A stretch of 63,845 nt of DNA, counting the filler, from Octopus bimaculoides (lineage: Eukaryota), in the NCBI RefSeq assembly GCF_001194135.2. It is 6 parts of 6 records of this genome, joined end to end, with 100 filler letters (N's around TTAATTAATTAA, not from the genome) between each part and the next. Parts side by side here need not be neighbours in the genome. Positions count along the whole stretch, not along the records: positions 3,736 to 33,602 come from NC_068984.1; positions 33,703 to 39,182 come from NW_026418474.1; 4 more parts are not named here. One strand, given 5' to 3'. Shown piece by piece: positions 25,441 to 37,640 of this stretch. The position numbers and the translations under genes are program-made. The notes below the pieces were generated by a model. The model saw only the letters and a program-made list of their open reading frames with translations, was not told the origin of the DNA and ran no database searches. Every line of letters starts with the position of its first letter. The first letter of the stretch is position 1.

Positions 25441-26094
25441 GTATCTATATATGTGTGTATGTATAATAAAACTTACTTGGAGGCAATACATACATACATA
25501 CATACATACATACATAAATTATTTATATATTATACTTTAATTTAAAATGTATTATGTTTTAATTAATAGTTAAAATGGAGGATTTCAGCTCATCTAATTA
25601 AATTCGTAAAAACCTGATGCCCATGCAAACATTCATTTATATTCATTAAAAAGTATGTACCTGAAAGCATTAAATGTTTTATCAAAAATTATTAATACGA
25701 CGTACCTCTCATTACCTATAATTTCTGTTATATTACATTAGAAATACCCTCTCGTTGCATTACATAAATTGTCTTCTACTCCTTTTAAAATACGTTGCTT
25801 TACATTATTCAATAACGAATATAATACAGCGACACAAGATAAATATTTATCCCTAACAGAGTTATAGAGTCATCATGTTTTCTTTTTAAATGTCGCTCTT
25901 TATTTCTTTTTTAATATTTTGAAAACTGCCGAAGGCTGTTGATCATTTTGATAAGTTTGTCTTCCATTATTTCTAAAGTTTGTCTTCCATTATTCCTAAA
26001 ACTTGTTAAAATAACTCGACTTAAGTTTTATATATATGGCAGAAATCTCAAATACATATTCGTCTCTAAAATTTAAGAAAATAATTGTTTCTAA

Positions 26095-27075
26095 AATTGC
26101 CACAGGGCCAACGATTCTCTGGGGAGGGCGTTAGTCGATCACATATATCCCAGTTGTATCTTAACCGCTATTTATTTTAACGACATTGAAAGAATGAAAG
26201 GTAAAGTTGACCTCTGTGGGATTTGAACTCTGGACATAAAGAGCAAGAAGAAATTAAACATTTTTGTGCGACGCGCTAATGATTCTGCCAACCTTTACGA
26301 TTCCAGTAAATTCTAACATAATTACAGTTGATTCAGTCGATCGTATAACGGTTTCTAATTAGAGCACAACGCCAGTAATATTCATGTAAGGGAAAAGTCA
26401 GTTACTCCGACCATAGTACTTGACTCATTCTTCATTTTATCAGCTCCAGGAGGATGCAAGAGAAAGTTTACCTCGGCAAGATTGGAACTAAGAATGTGAT
26501 GAACTGAAAGAAATAAATCAATGGATTTTTCTGACGTTCTCATTGGTCCTACCAATTCAAAGCCCTTACCATTGCTTCTAGCACAAGCACAGGGTCACCA
26601 ATTTGCAAGAGGTGGGGAACGGTCGATTATATTAGTTTCAAACGTTGGTACAAGACTAGTAATTTGGGAGGAGGGGTTAAGTCGATTATGTCGACCTTAG
26701 TACTGCTCAACAGGTACTTATTTTATCAATCCTGAAAGCTGACCCCGGCGGCATTTAAACCTAAAACGTAAAATCGGAAGACTTCGCGTTAAACATCTTT
26801 TGCGGGCGTGGAAACGTTTCTTATTTCTTTACTGCCCAAAAGGGGCTACACACAGAGGGGAAAAACAAGGACGGGCAAACGGATTGAGTCGATTATATCG
26901 ACCCCAGTGCGTAACTGGTACTTATTTAATCGACCCCGAAAGGATGAAAGCAAAATCGACCTCGGCGGAATTTGAACTCAGAACGTAGCGGCAGACGAAA
27001 TACTGCTAAGCATTTCGCCCGGCGTGTTAACGTTTCACGCCCGGCGTGTTAACGTTTCACGCCCGGCGTGTTAAC
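26095..27075 (-). mobile_element. Stack of about four SINE-B copies, youngest at about 26815-27035
   Basis: Repeated gaaaggtaaagttgacctc...atttgaactc blocks. Youngest copy is closely similar to 16413-16647. Confidence 0.8.
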
Positions 27076-27224
27076 CTTCAGCGGTCGATTACGATTGTGT
27101 TTACTGACGGTGGAAAGATAAAAGGCTAAATCTACCCCGACAAGAGTTTAATAGTGAACCAAATATCACACAATATGCTATCCGTCACTCTGTTGAATCT
27201 CAATACATCTCGGATATATTTTTA

Positions 27225-27451
27225 CTTGTTTCAGTCATTAGACTGCGGCCATGCTGGGGGAGACACCTTGAAAGGTTTCGTTGGAAAAATCGACTCCAGT
27301 ACTTGCTTTTAAAGTTTGGCACTTATTCAATCGTAACTTTTGCTAAGCTACAAGACGTAAACAAACTAACACAGGTGGTCAAGCGGTAGTTGAGCCAAAT
27401 ACAAAGGCACACACATATACACAAACATGTATATGTAAGTATGTGTCTGTG

Positions 27452-27498
<47 letters not shown>

Positions 27499-27775
27499 GA
27501 GAATTTACGAAAAAAAAAACAACAGACGAAGACAGGTGGTGTAAACAACAAATGGATGTATTAGTTTAACGCTCTGCCGAACCGCTCACACACTCACACG
27601 CACACACATACAGCTGCCTTCTTTCAGTTTCCGTCTACCAAATCCTCTCACAGGGCTTTGCTCGGCCTGAGGCTGTAGTACAAAACAATTTCCCAAAGTG
27701 CAACGCTGTGGGACTGATCCGGAACCATGTGGTCGGGAAGCAAGCTTTTTTCCATACAACCACGACTGCGCCTAT
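27225..27775 (-). mobile_element. SINE family A interrupted by microsatellite and a family F tail
   Basis: Tail half at about 27225-27400, head half at about 27615-27775, F-family tail at about 27505-27575. Confidence 0.7.
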
Positions 27776-28525
27776 ATGCATATACTACGGGTTTCCGTCT
27801 ACCAAATTCTCTCACAAGGATTTTTAGCACAGAAGATGGCAAATTTGCAGGAAGACGTACTTCATTTACCGATTTCTGGTAAAAGAGAGATAAATAAATA
27901 AATAAACTCTTCCACCTCTCCGGATTACATGAAATAATAAATACCGCGCACGTAGCTCGGAATTCTCGACTGATTGAGTGTTTATTTTTCGATTTAAAGC
28001 AGTTTATTTTTACCGGGTACCAATATGTGATTTACATATTGCAAAACTCGCTTGTTGAATTGTGGTTTCTATTCTGCCTTTAGATACATCAATGCATGCA
28101 AAAATTTGTCTAAAAATATCAATCAGTGAGAATTATATTTCCTGTAATTGATGAAATACAGTAAACATTCCATCAGCTAAATATAACCAATATTTATTGA
28201 TTATGCTAGGAATCATGAGCTGGTTTCGATTCTTGTAACAAATGATTAATGGAAGGGGCAAATGTCACGCCAAGACTATTTCGAACGGGTAACTCATTAT
28301 GTAAAAATACAAAACGCCAATAGTCCGATGTGTTTGTCGTAGGACATATTTTCTAAAACGTGAAATAGAAAGGTTAAATATCAGATAGATGATTTCTTGT
28401 CATTCTTAAGGATACAGGAATAAAATTCTCAGGTGTGGAAAGATAAAATATAATAGCAAACCAAAGTAAAACATTCTTGTGACACATGCAATGGAGTAAC
28501 ATAAATTCGAGCATTAAAGAAAAAA

Positions 28526-28557
<32 letters not shown>

Positions 28558-28777
28558 ATTTCAAGTAAACAGAAAATGGATTTGATTCCTGATAAACTCA
28601 TGTTTATCTTTGTCATTACCAGTAGCCTATGAGCATAATATCTATCACCAGGGTTAACATAAGTAATTATACGGGTAGTATAACGGATACTTTTATTCCT
28701 TAGACGGTTATTCCAACCTCTGACTCTACTGACCTTATATGTATATATACATATATATAGTGTAGTATATTGCCACT

Positions 28778-28896
28778 TAAGTGTGGCTGACCCCTAGGGA
28801 TGGATGTTACTGTTGCTTTTAGCCCCAGGAGGACATGATGTCCTCCTGGGGCTAAAAGCAACAGTAACATCCACCCCTAGGGGTCAGCCACACTTA
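28778..28896. repeat. Near-perfect 119-bp palindrome (59-bp arms, 1 mismatch, 1-nt centre)
   Basis: taagtgtggctgacccctaggg(a/g)tggatgttactgttgcttttagccccaggaggacat-G-atgtcctcctgg...ccacactta. Abuts an N gap. Confidence 0.95.
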
Positions 28897-29815
28897 NNNN
28901 NNNNNNNNNNNNNNNNNNNNNNNNNNNNNNNNNNNNNNNNNNNNNNNNNNNNNNNNNNNNNNNNNNNNNNNNNNNNNNNNNNNNNNNNNNNNNNNNNNNN
29001 NNNNNNNNNNNNNNNNNNNNNNNNNNNNNNNNNNNNNNNNNNNNNNNNNNNNNNNNNNNNNNNNNNNNNNNNNNNNNNNNNNNNNNNNNNNNNNNNNNNN
29101 NNNNNNNNNNNNNNNNNATATATATATATATATATATATAGGTATCTATAGATGAAATGTCTTGTATCTTAATATACACACCTAGCCACACACGCACACA
29201 GACATGTATAAATAAATCGATATGATAGAGGTACGACGTAAATAGACGAAACACAGACCTATATTTTGTGACATATATATATATATGCATCTATAAAATC
29301 AGTATCAGATAAAATCAGTCCTGAATGGAAAAGCACTACCAACAATATAGACAGTAACAGCTGAATTGATTATACGGTTTATATCTATGTGTGTGTATGT
29401 GTGCGTGTGTGTGTGTGTGTTTGTTTGTTGTGTGCGCGTTATGTAGATAGGGGTACAATCCAAGCTATGTCTTATGAACCACATCTTGCATATTCCAGGA
29501 CACACTAAGATAGATATTATATTTGTAGATATATTTAATATGAGAATTGACATAGTGGAGAAACAGTAAAATACTGGAAAATATGAAATACTCTGACCTT
29601 CCTAGTAATAATATTTATCTACTAGCCGCCATGAATATATATATATATATATAAACAATATATGTGTATATGCATATATATGTACATGTATGTACATACC
29701 GTCATCTACATGTAGATACATATCTGGGTACATGACGTTGCAAAAAAACATAGACAAAATGATAAACAAAGTACAAAAAACAAGCAGGCCACATAGAGAA
29801 CATATCCTTCATCAG

Positions 29816-29861
<46 letters not shown>

Positions 29862-31303
29862 TTATTTATGGGTTTCAGCCAAGTGGCTGTGGTCATGCTG
29901 GAGCACCACCGTGACTTTCCGTCTTTATGCTAGAAATGTATATACATATATATATACACATACATTTATATATATACATATATACACACAAGCATATACA
30001 TATATACATAAACATATATGCACATATATACATATACATATATACATATATATACATATGTGCATATACATATATACACATATATATATACATACATATA
30101 CATATATACATATACATATATATACATATATGTATATACATATATATATATATATGTGTGTGTGTTTGTATTCATGGCGTCTAGCAGGTAAATATTATTT
30201 TCTAGGAAGGTCAGGATATTTCATTTTGCAAACATAATAGAATACGAAGCATATTGAAGGTTTACATTGTGTTCTATTTGTGTTAGCAGTGCGATAATCT
30301 TATTTTAAAGCTTATCTCTATAGATTTTCTATAAAATTCAGAGCCAGCACTGTATGTTACGACGTTCCGTATACGAATATATCCTTGTAAACAATGCGAT
30401 CAAAGATAGAAACATATAGGAAGNNNNNNNNNNNNNNNNNNNNNNNNNNNNNNNNNNNNNNNNNNNNNNNNNNNNNNNNNNNNNNNNNNNNNNNNNNNNN
30501 NNNNNNNNNNNNNNNNNNNNNNNNNNNNNNNNNNNNNNNNNNNNNNNNNNNNNNNNNNNNNNNNNNNNNNNNNNNNNNNNNNNNNNNNNNNNNNNNNNNN
30601 NNNNNNNNNNNNNNNNNNNNNNNNNNNNNNNNNNNNNNNNNNNNNNNNNNNNNNNNNNNNNNNNNNNNNNNNNNNNNNNNNNNNNNNNNNNNNNNNNNNN
30701 NNNNNNNNNNNNNNNNNNNNNNNNNNNNNNNNNNNNNNNNNNNNNNNNNNNNNNNNNNNNNNNNNNNNNNNNNNNNNNNNNNNNNNNNNNNNNNNNNNNN
30801 NNNNNNNNNNNNNNNNNNNNNNNNNNNNNNNNNNNNNNNNNNNNNNNNNNNNNNNNNNNNNNNNNNNNNNNNNNNNNNNNNNNNNNNNNNNNNNNNNNNN
30901 NNNNNNNNNNNNNNNNNNNNNNNNNNNNNNNNNNNNNNNNNNNNNNNNNNNNNNNNNNNNNNNNNNNNNNNNNNNNNNNNNNNNNNNNNNNNNNNNNNNN
31001 NNNNNNNNNNNNNNNNNNNNNNNNNNNNNNNNNNNNNNNNNNNNNNNNNNNNNNNNNNNNNNNNNNNNNNNNNNNNNNNNNNNNNNNNNNNNNNNNNNNN
31101 NNNNNNNNNNNNNNNNNCGTCGTCCAAATGAGCAATCAAGACCATCACAATTATTTAACGTCTGTTTTCCATGCTACCATGGTTACTTAAAATACTTTTC
31201 TATTTTTCGCGGGCGTCAAACTAATACACTTGTTCCTATACCTGTCTTCGTGTTTGTCTTTCTATAAATATGAATTATATTTATCTCTCTATCTATCTCT
31301 CTC

Positions 31304-31358
<55 letters not shown>

Positions 31359-32934
31359 ATCTTTTATCTATCTGTCTATCTGTGTATCTGTTTGTCTGTA
31401 TGTCTGTCTTTTTATCTATATGCATGTGTGTGTTGTCTGTAGAATTGTGTGAGTACTTACACATACATGCGCACACTCATGTAAGCGTGTGCTATGTTCA
31501 ATACATGTAAGCACAGTAGTTATTCATCTTACATTTGTTGTATGCGTCTGAAGAGCTCTAGTTAGACGGAAACATGATCGGCGTCCTCATATTTTCTGAA
31601 TATCAGATTCATTGATCATTCTTCTTTTTTTTTTTTTTGTAATATGTAATATATGTTAAAATATAAAGTACATGAGTATCCCTTCCCGTCTGTTTTTTCG
31701 TTTTTTCTTTTTAACGAATTTCTTCATTTGGTAAATCATGTTTCTTGATGCCGATGAAAAAATTCCAATCAATTGATATATTTTTCATTAGTATCACAAA
31801 TATATTCGCACCTATCGTACTGTAACTCCCACACACACAAGCATTCACGTACGCGTATAACTGTGCACGCGTGCATACATAAATGCATCAATGCATGAAT
31901 ATACATATGCACATATATACCTATATATGAATGTATATATGTGTATTTGTGTATATATATATACACTTATACACACNNNNNNNNNNNNNNNNNNNNNNNN
32001 NNNNNNNNNNNNNNNNNNNNNNNNNNNNNNNNNNNNNNNNNNNNNNNNNNNNNNNNNNNNNNNNNNNNNNNNNNNNNNNNNNNNNNNNNNNNNNNNNNNN
32101 NNNNNNNNNNNNNNNNNNNNNNNNNNNNNNNNNNNNNNNNNNNNNNNNNNNNNNNNNNNNNNNNNNNNNNNNNNNNNNNNNNNNNNNNNNNNNNNNNNNN
32201 NNNNNNNNNNNNNNNNNNNNNNNNNNNNNNNNNNNNNNNNNNNNNNNNNNNNNNNNNNNNNNNNNNNNNNNNNNNNNNNNNNNNNNNNNNNNNNNNNNNN
32301 NNNNNNNNNNNNNNNNNNNNNNNNNNNNNNNNNNNNNNNNNNNNNNNNNNNNNNNNNNNNNNNNNNNNNNNNNNNNNNNNNNNNNNNNNNNNNNNNNNNN
32401 NNNNNNNNNNNNNNNNNNNNNNNNNNNNNNNNNNNNNNNNNNNNNNNNNNNNNNNNNNNNNNNNNNNNNNNNNNNNNNNNNNNNNNNNNNNNNNNNNNNN
32501 NNNNNNNNNNNNNNNNNNNNNNNNNNNNNNNNNNNNNNNNNNNNNNNNNNNNNNNNNNNNNNNNNNNNNNNNNNNNNNNNNNNNNNNNNNNNNNNNNNNN
32601 NNNNNNNNNNNNNNNNNNNNNNNNNNNNNNNNNNNNNNNNNNNNNNNNNNNNNNNNNNNNNNNNNNNNNNNNNNNNNNNNNNNNNNNNNNNNNNNNNNNN
32701 NNNNNNNNNNNNNNNNNNNNNNNNNNNNNNNNNNNNNNNNNNNNNNNNNNNNNNNNNNNNNNNNNNNNNNNNNNNNNNNNNNNNNNNNNNNNNNNNNNNN
32801 NNNNNNNNNNNNNNNNNNNNNNNNNNNNNNNNNNNNNNNNNNNNNNNNNNNNNNNNNNNNNNNNNNNNNNNNNNNNNNNNNNNNNNNNNNNNNNNNNNNN
32901 NNNNNNNNNNNNNNNNNNNNNNNNNNNNNNNNNN

Positions 32935-32986
<52 letters not shown>

Positions 32987-33330
32987 TAGATAGACAGACA
33001 AATGCAAATGTACATATATTTATACATAGGCATACGCATGTCTATATAAATACATATATACATACATACATACATATATATATATATACATACACGCACA
33101 CAGGCACAGGCACACAGGCACACACACAAACACACATACACACATACAAACTTATGTATGTATGTTTGCATGTATAGATTTGAAATCAAAAAAGTTGACA
33201 AGGGAATCGGTAATTACGTAATCAGCTTCATTAACTTACTCATGTTTATTCTAACAGCAGGTTATTAGTATTGCTACGCCTATGCGAAATCTTGATATAC
33301 ATACATATCCATCCATACATACATATATCG

Positions 33331-33366
<36 letters not shown>

Positions 33367-33562
33367 ATATGTATATATACACCATGTATAAAGTGACATG
33401 TTTACATACGTGTAAACATATATGCTCTTTCAATAATTCGTATATCTTTGTCGTAAATACATATTTCAGTTTTCCCTAAACAATTTGAATTGCGATTGCT
33501 GTTCATAAATTGCTTATTTACCTACCTAAATTTGTATGTGCGTGTGCGCGCACACACACACA

Positions 33563-33602
<40 letters not shown>

Positions 33603-33702
33603 NNNNNNNNNNNNNNNNNNNNNNNNNNNNNNNNNNNNNNNNNNNNTTAATTAATTAANNNNNNNNNNNNNNNNNNNNNNNNNNNNNNNNNNNNNNNNNN
33701 NN
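33603..33702. other. Artificial scaffold spacer 44N-TTAATTAATTAA-44N
   Basis: Same 100-bp structure, 12-mer at 33647-33658. Confidence 0.95.
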
Positions 33703-34737
33703 AATATGTTCTTTTGCCGCTCGGGTGCATACAGCAATGAACTTCTAATTTGCAAGAAATAGCAGTCAAATCTACCTACATTCCCTCGACATCTACCCCG
33801 AAAACGAGGTGGTCAAGACTGATCGGGGTTGAGCTAAGACTAATTTTGTTTCTATAGAGATTGAAATGTCGATCGGGGTTGAGCTAGGACTAATTTCGCC
33901 TTAGTTTAACCAGGGGTCGGAATATCTAGAGATAGAGCAACATCCTAAAGAGAGAAAGGAAACAAGTTGACCCAAATTCCATCGTCCTTTCTCCCGTATC
34001 CCTACCATTTCTCTCCTGGACAATGCTTTTGGGTTGACTTGCCTGTGTCCTGTCCATTGTAGGACGAAGGCCCTCAACATGTTCTTTCCACCCAACTATG
34101 GTCGGAGCTAAAGAGCAAACTGGCTTCAAGAGCCGACTCTGTCATGCTGGTTTGACATGGCAGATGTCATCGACTTAATTATCCAGCAGTAATTAAATTA
34201 AGTAGATTACATCGATAATGTTCAGGGAAACAAATTTAGGCCACAATGAATTAAATTTGGTCATTCTTTTAGAAAAGTTTCGAGGCCCACTTGTTGCTGT
34301 TTCTTATCCTCGAGGAACAAGGAGAGAACCAGCCACGGCAGGAATAGTCTTGTGAGTAAACAACAGCTGGGGTTAGGAGAGGAGAGAAAGAAAGAAAGGA
34401 AGAGAGAGAGAGAGAAAGAGGGGAGAAAGGGAGTCCCAAAACCTATATTTTAACAACTAGTCATTGAAATATCGATTTTTAAACATTGATCGTAAGTTGC
34501 TATCCATCACCAAGTTAGATTATAACCTTTACATGGGCCAATCTATTTATTAGAAATGGTAGTCAAAATCTGTCTCCACCACACTACGGTGATGGCCATG
34601 ATTGAAAATATCTCATTATCTGACCTAGGGCCAGGGTCTTTTAAAGAGAATTATAGCCCCCCCACCCCAGGGCAGAGAAATGCATGAAGGTCCCAACATA
34701 CACAACTAAAACATCCTCGAGACACCAAAAATTGAGA

Positions 34738-35429
34738 AGTAGGTGGGTAAAAATCTTCGACTTTTAAAAGCACACACATCTCAAGCGACATTGACCCGGG
34801 AGTAAACGACCGCAACATTTAAAAACAAAAGACAAAAAGAAAAATACCAGTTGATTATATCGATTGATTGATTGATTTAGTGGCTGGAGAGAGATTTGAA
34901 CTCAAACCGTAAAGCTTCGGAAGTGAAACGGTCAAAGTTTGCGAGGAAAATAAAGAGAAAGCGTCGATTTTCAAAATTGACAACAATTGCGAAGAGGAAC
35001 GATTTTATTGAATACAAGCGTTTAGGGGTTAATCGGCGTTAATTTAGATGAGAATCAATGATAATGAGGTATATGTGAAAAAAATAACCAGGCCATCCTG
35101 AATTATCGAAGCCATCGTTTTCATAAATTTTTTTTTTTTGTAAATTTAGGCATTTTTATAAAGTAAAAACGCTTCCAAGTCCATAATTTCTTGGAATTAC
35201 GATTTTAAAAAACATCGTGGTTTACAAATCAACACAAAACTTTAGTTTAGACTTCGATTTTTTTTCTTTCTTCTATCAGATTTACGTTTTAAACATTTGA
35301 AGTTACGATTCTTCAAAATCATGTCCAACACAAACCGGGAAAAAATTTTCGTAAATAGACAAAACCGAGAAAAAAAAAAAATTGCGAGTAGGTGGGTAAA
35401 AATCTTCGACTTTTAAAAGCACACACATC
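34738..35429 (+). repeat. Identical 43-bp direct repeats 649 bp apart
   Basis: agtaggtgggtaaaaatcttcgacttttaaaagcacacacatc at 34738-34780 and 35387-35429. Confidence 0.9.
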
Positions 35430-36806
35430 AAGAAATTAGACAATTTCCGACTATTCTACAGGGACCACTGCAACTTTTCTACATTTCGTCAATGATCCCN
35501 NNNNNNNNNNNNNNNNNNNNNNNNNNNNNNNNNNNNNNNNNNNNNNNNNNNNNNNNNNNNNNNNNNNNNNNNNNNNNNNNNNNNNNNNNNNNNNNNNNNN
35601 NNNNNNNNNNNNNNNNNNNNNNNNNNNNNNNNNNNNNNNNNNNNNNNNNNNNNNNNNNNNNNNNNNNNNNNNNNNNNNNNNNNNNNNNNNNNNNNNNNNN
35701 NNNNNNNNNNNNNNNNNNNNNNNNNNNNNNNNNNNNNNNNNNNNNNNNNNNNNNNNNNNNNNNNNNNNNNNNNNNNNNNNNNNNNNNNNNNNNNNATATA
35801 TATATATATATATATAGTTATTAATATTTCTAAGTCTCTCTAAAGGAGACTACGGCAGCGGTACTGGAAATTAATAGTTATCGCCAAGCCAACATGGCAG
35901 TCCCAAAATTAGGACATATACATATATATATATCGCCGCTGATGTCCACGGGACTAAGCGCTTTATGGATGCGAAACCATTGGTCACTATGACCGGACAG
36001 ACTTAACTGCATATAAATTACATTACTGTTCTAAGCTTTAGAGTGTGGGGTTTTTTTTTTCGAATATATGATACACTAGCAATATATATAAAATTATATA
36101 CGCGCATAATAGCTGAGACTACAGTAAATGGTGTTATTAAAAATAAGCCTCAAATTGCCATGTCTCAAGTTAGTGTCCATTAGTCAAACATATACGTACA
36201 CGTATATAGACACACACACATATGCACACAGCTAGGTGACGTCATTTAATATACATTGTACCATTGTCGTAAAGCCTGAACAGCAAGTCTCGATACGAAC
36301 GGGAATTTGACAATATTTGGCAACAATACATTATGTGGAATAGACAGACAATTGTGAATAAGTAGCAAGCATCACTCTCCCAAAATAATATCGTTAAATA
36401 TCAATACGATCTGAAAACAACCGTGCCTTGCTGTGCCTCTCACTTGCAGAGAAGTATAACAATTATCACCAAACTCCAACATGATGCGGTGGCAATCATG
36501 CCTGGACATACCCCCACCTCCATCCCCAGATTTGCAGAAGTTACACTAAAGAAATGTCACATTCAAAATCAGACATCACGCTACAAATTTTCATGTTCAA
36601 GCGACGAATATTAAAAATGAAATTACATACACACATATACAAACATAGCCTTACAAGTAGATCTATCTATGAATTTATAAATCCATCTATATATAAAAGT
36701 GTATATACATGCATGCCAACAAATCGTGCATCCGTAAATCCAGACATGTTCTTTTTGTACGCGTTTTTTTTCTTCTCCTGTCTCCATCTGTTTTCTCTCC
36801 TCAGTC

Positions 36807-36842
36807 CTTTCTGTAGAAGATCACAGGCTTGAAACGTCAAAG
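36807..36842 (+). ncRNA. Hammerhead-like motif, family F
   Basis: CTTT-CTGTAGA-AGATCACAGGCTT-GAAAC-GTC-AAAG. Stem I 4 bp, GUC triplet, A6U core change, weak stem II. Confidence 0.4.
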
Positions 36843-36889
36843 ACTTCTTTCATTTTTTTTTCCAGAGCGTCAAACTAATACACTTTGTA

Positions 36890-36944
<55 letters not shown>

Positions 36945-37175
36945 TTGTTTAAAAGAGTTCCAACACTGTCCGTTTTTTATGTTTTATTTATATTCCTGCA
37001 GAACCAATGTGGGGTATAGAATATGGAATATACAATATATAATATAATATACAATATAAAATAAAATAAAATAAAAATGGATGGCACCATGAAAGAAAGT
37101 ATTGAATGTAGATGAAATATTGAGTGTTCAATATAAAGGATCAAATATATAAATATATAAATATAAATATATAAA

Positions 37176-37215
37176 GGCCACTCGAGTTTCAGGGCTATTT
37201 CCCTTCGTCATGGCC
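37176..37215 (-). ncRNA. Degenerate hammerhead-like motif with palindromic stem III
   Basis: GGCC-ATGACGA-AGGG-AAATAG-CCCT-GAAAC-TCGA-GT-GGCC. C3 changed to A and cleavage nucleotide H17 missing. Confidence 0.45.
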
Positions 37216-37239
37216 GGTATGACAGACTTTAACAGACTG

Positions 37240-37495
37240 TATACACTATTCTATATATTTGAGATGAGGTATAATGTACATTATTTACAATGGACGGATG
37301 TTTGTCCTCATCTTGTTTGTTGTTATCACAACGTTTCAGCTGATAGACTCTGCAGCCTTCATCAAGTGTTCTGATTGAATTTCGAACCCAACCCTTTATT
37401 TGACTAATGGGGTTCACTACCCTCATTCCTAAGGCAATGTTACTGATGTTATTTTTCTGTTGATATATTTCTTTCAAGTCCCTGCCTGGAATTCA
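37240..37495 (-). mobile_element. Short element with B-box-like head, A-rich linker and hammerhead-like tail
   Basis: Minus strand: TTTGAATTCCAGGCAGGGACTTGAA head; CAC-TTGATGA-A-GGCTG-(10 nt)-CAGCT-GAAAC-GTT-GTG at 37327-37368; tail ending gtaaataatgtacat. Confidence 0.6.
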
Positions 37496-37551
37496 AAAGT
37501 ACCAAAGTTTAAGTAATTAGTTTAATGGTGAGGGATAAGAAAGTGAGAAGT

Positions 37552-37640
37552 GTTTTTGACGTTTCGAGGTTACGTTCTTCTTCAGAAGACAGAAAGAAAA
37601 GTGTAGAGAAAGGAGAATAAAAGGAAGTGAGAACTCGTGT
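37552..37640 (-). mobile_element. Family F element with an intact CUGAAGA core
   Basis: Minus strand: GTCTT-CTGAAGA-AGAACGTAACCTC-GAAAC-GTC-AAAAAC. Confidence 0.5.

Noticed and set aside
33821-33896. 26-bp direct repeat with a 24-bp spacer (CRISPR-like)
   Set aside because: Only two units, eukaryotic context, no cas genes; a simple local duplication.
33901-34129. Overlapping minus-strand ORFs as a gene or LINE fragment
   Set aside because: No recognisable motif in any frame and no convincing splice signals.
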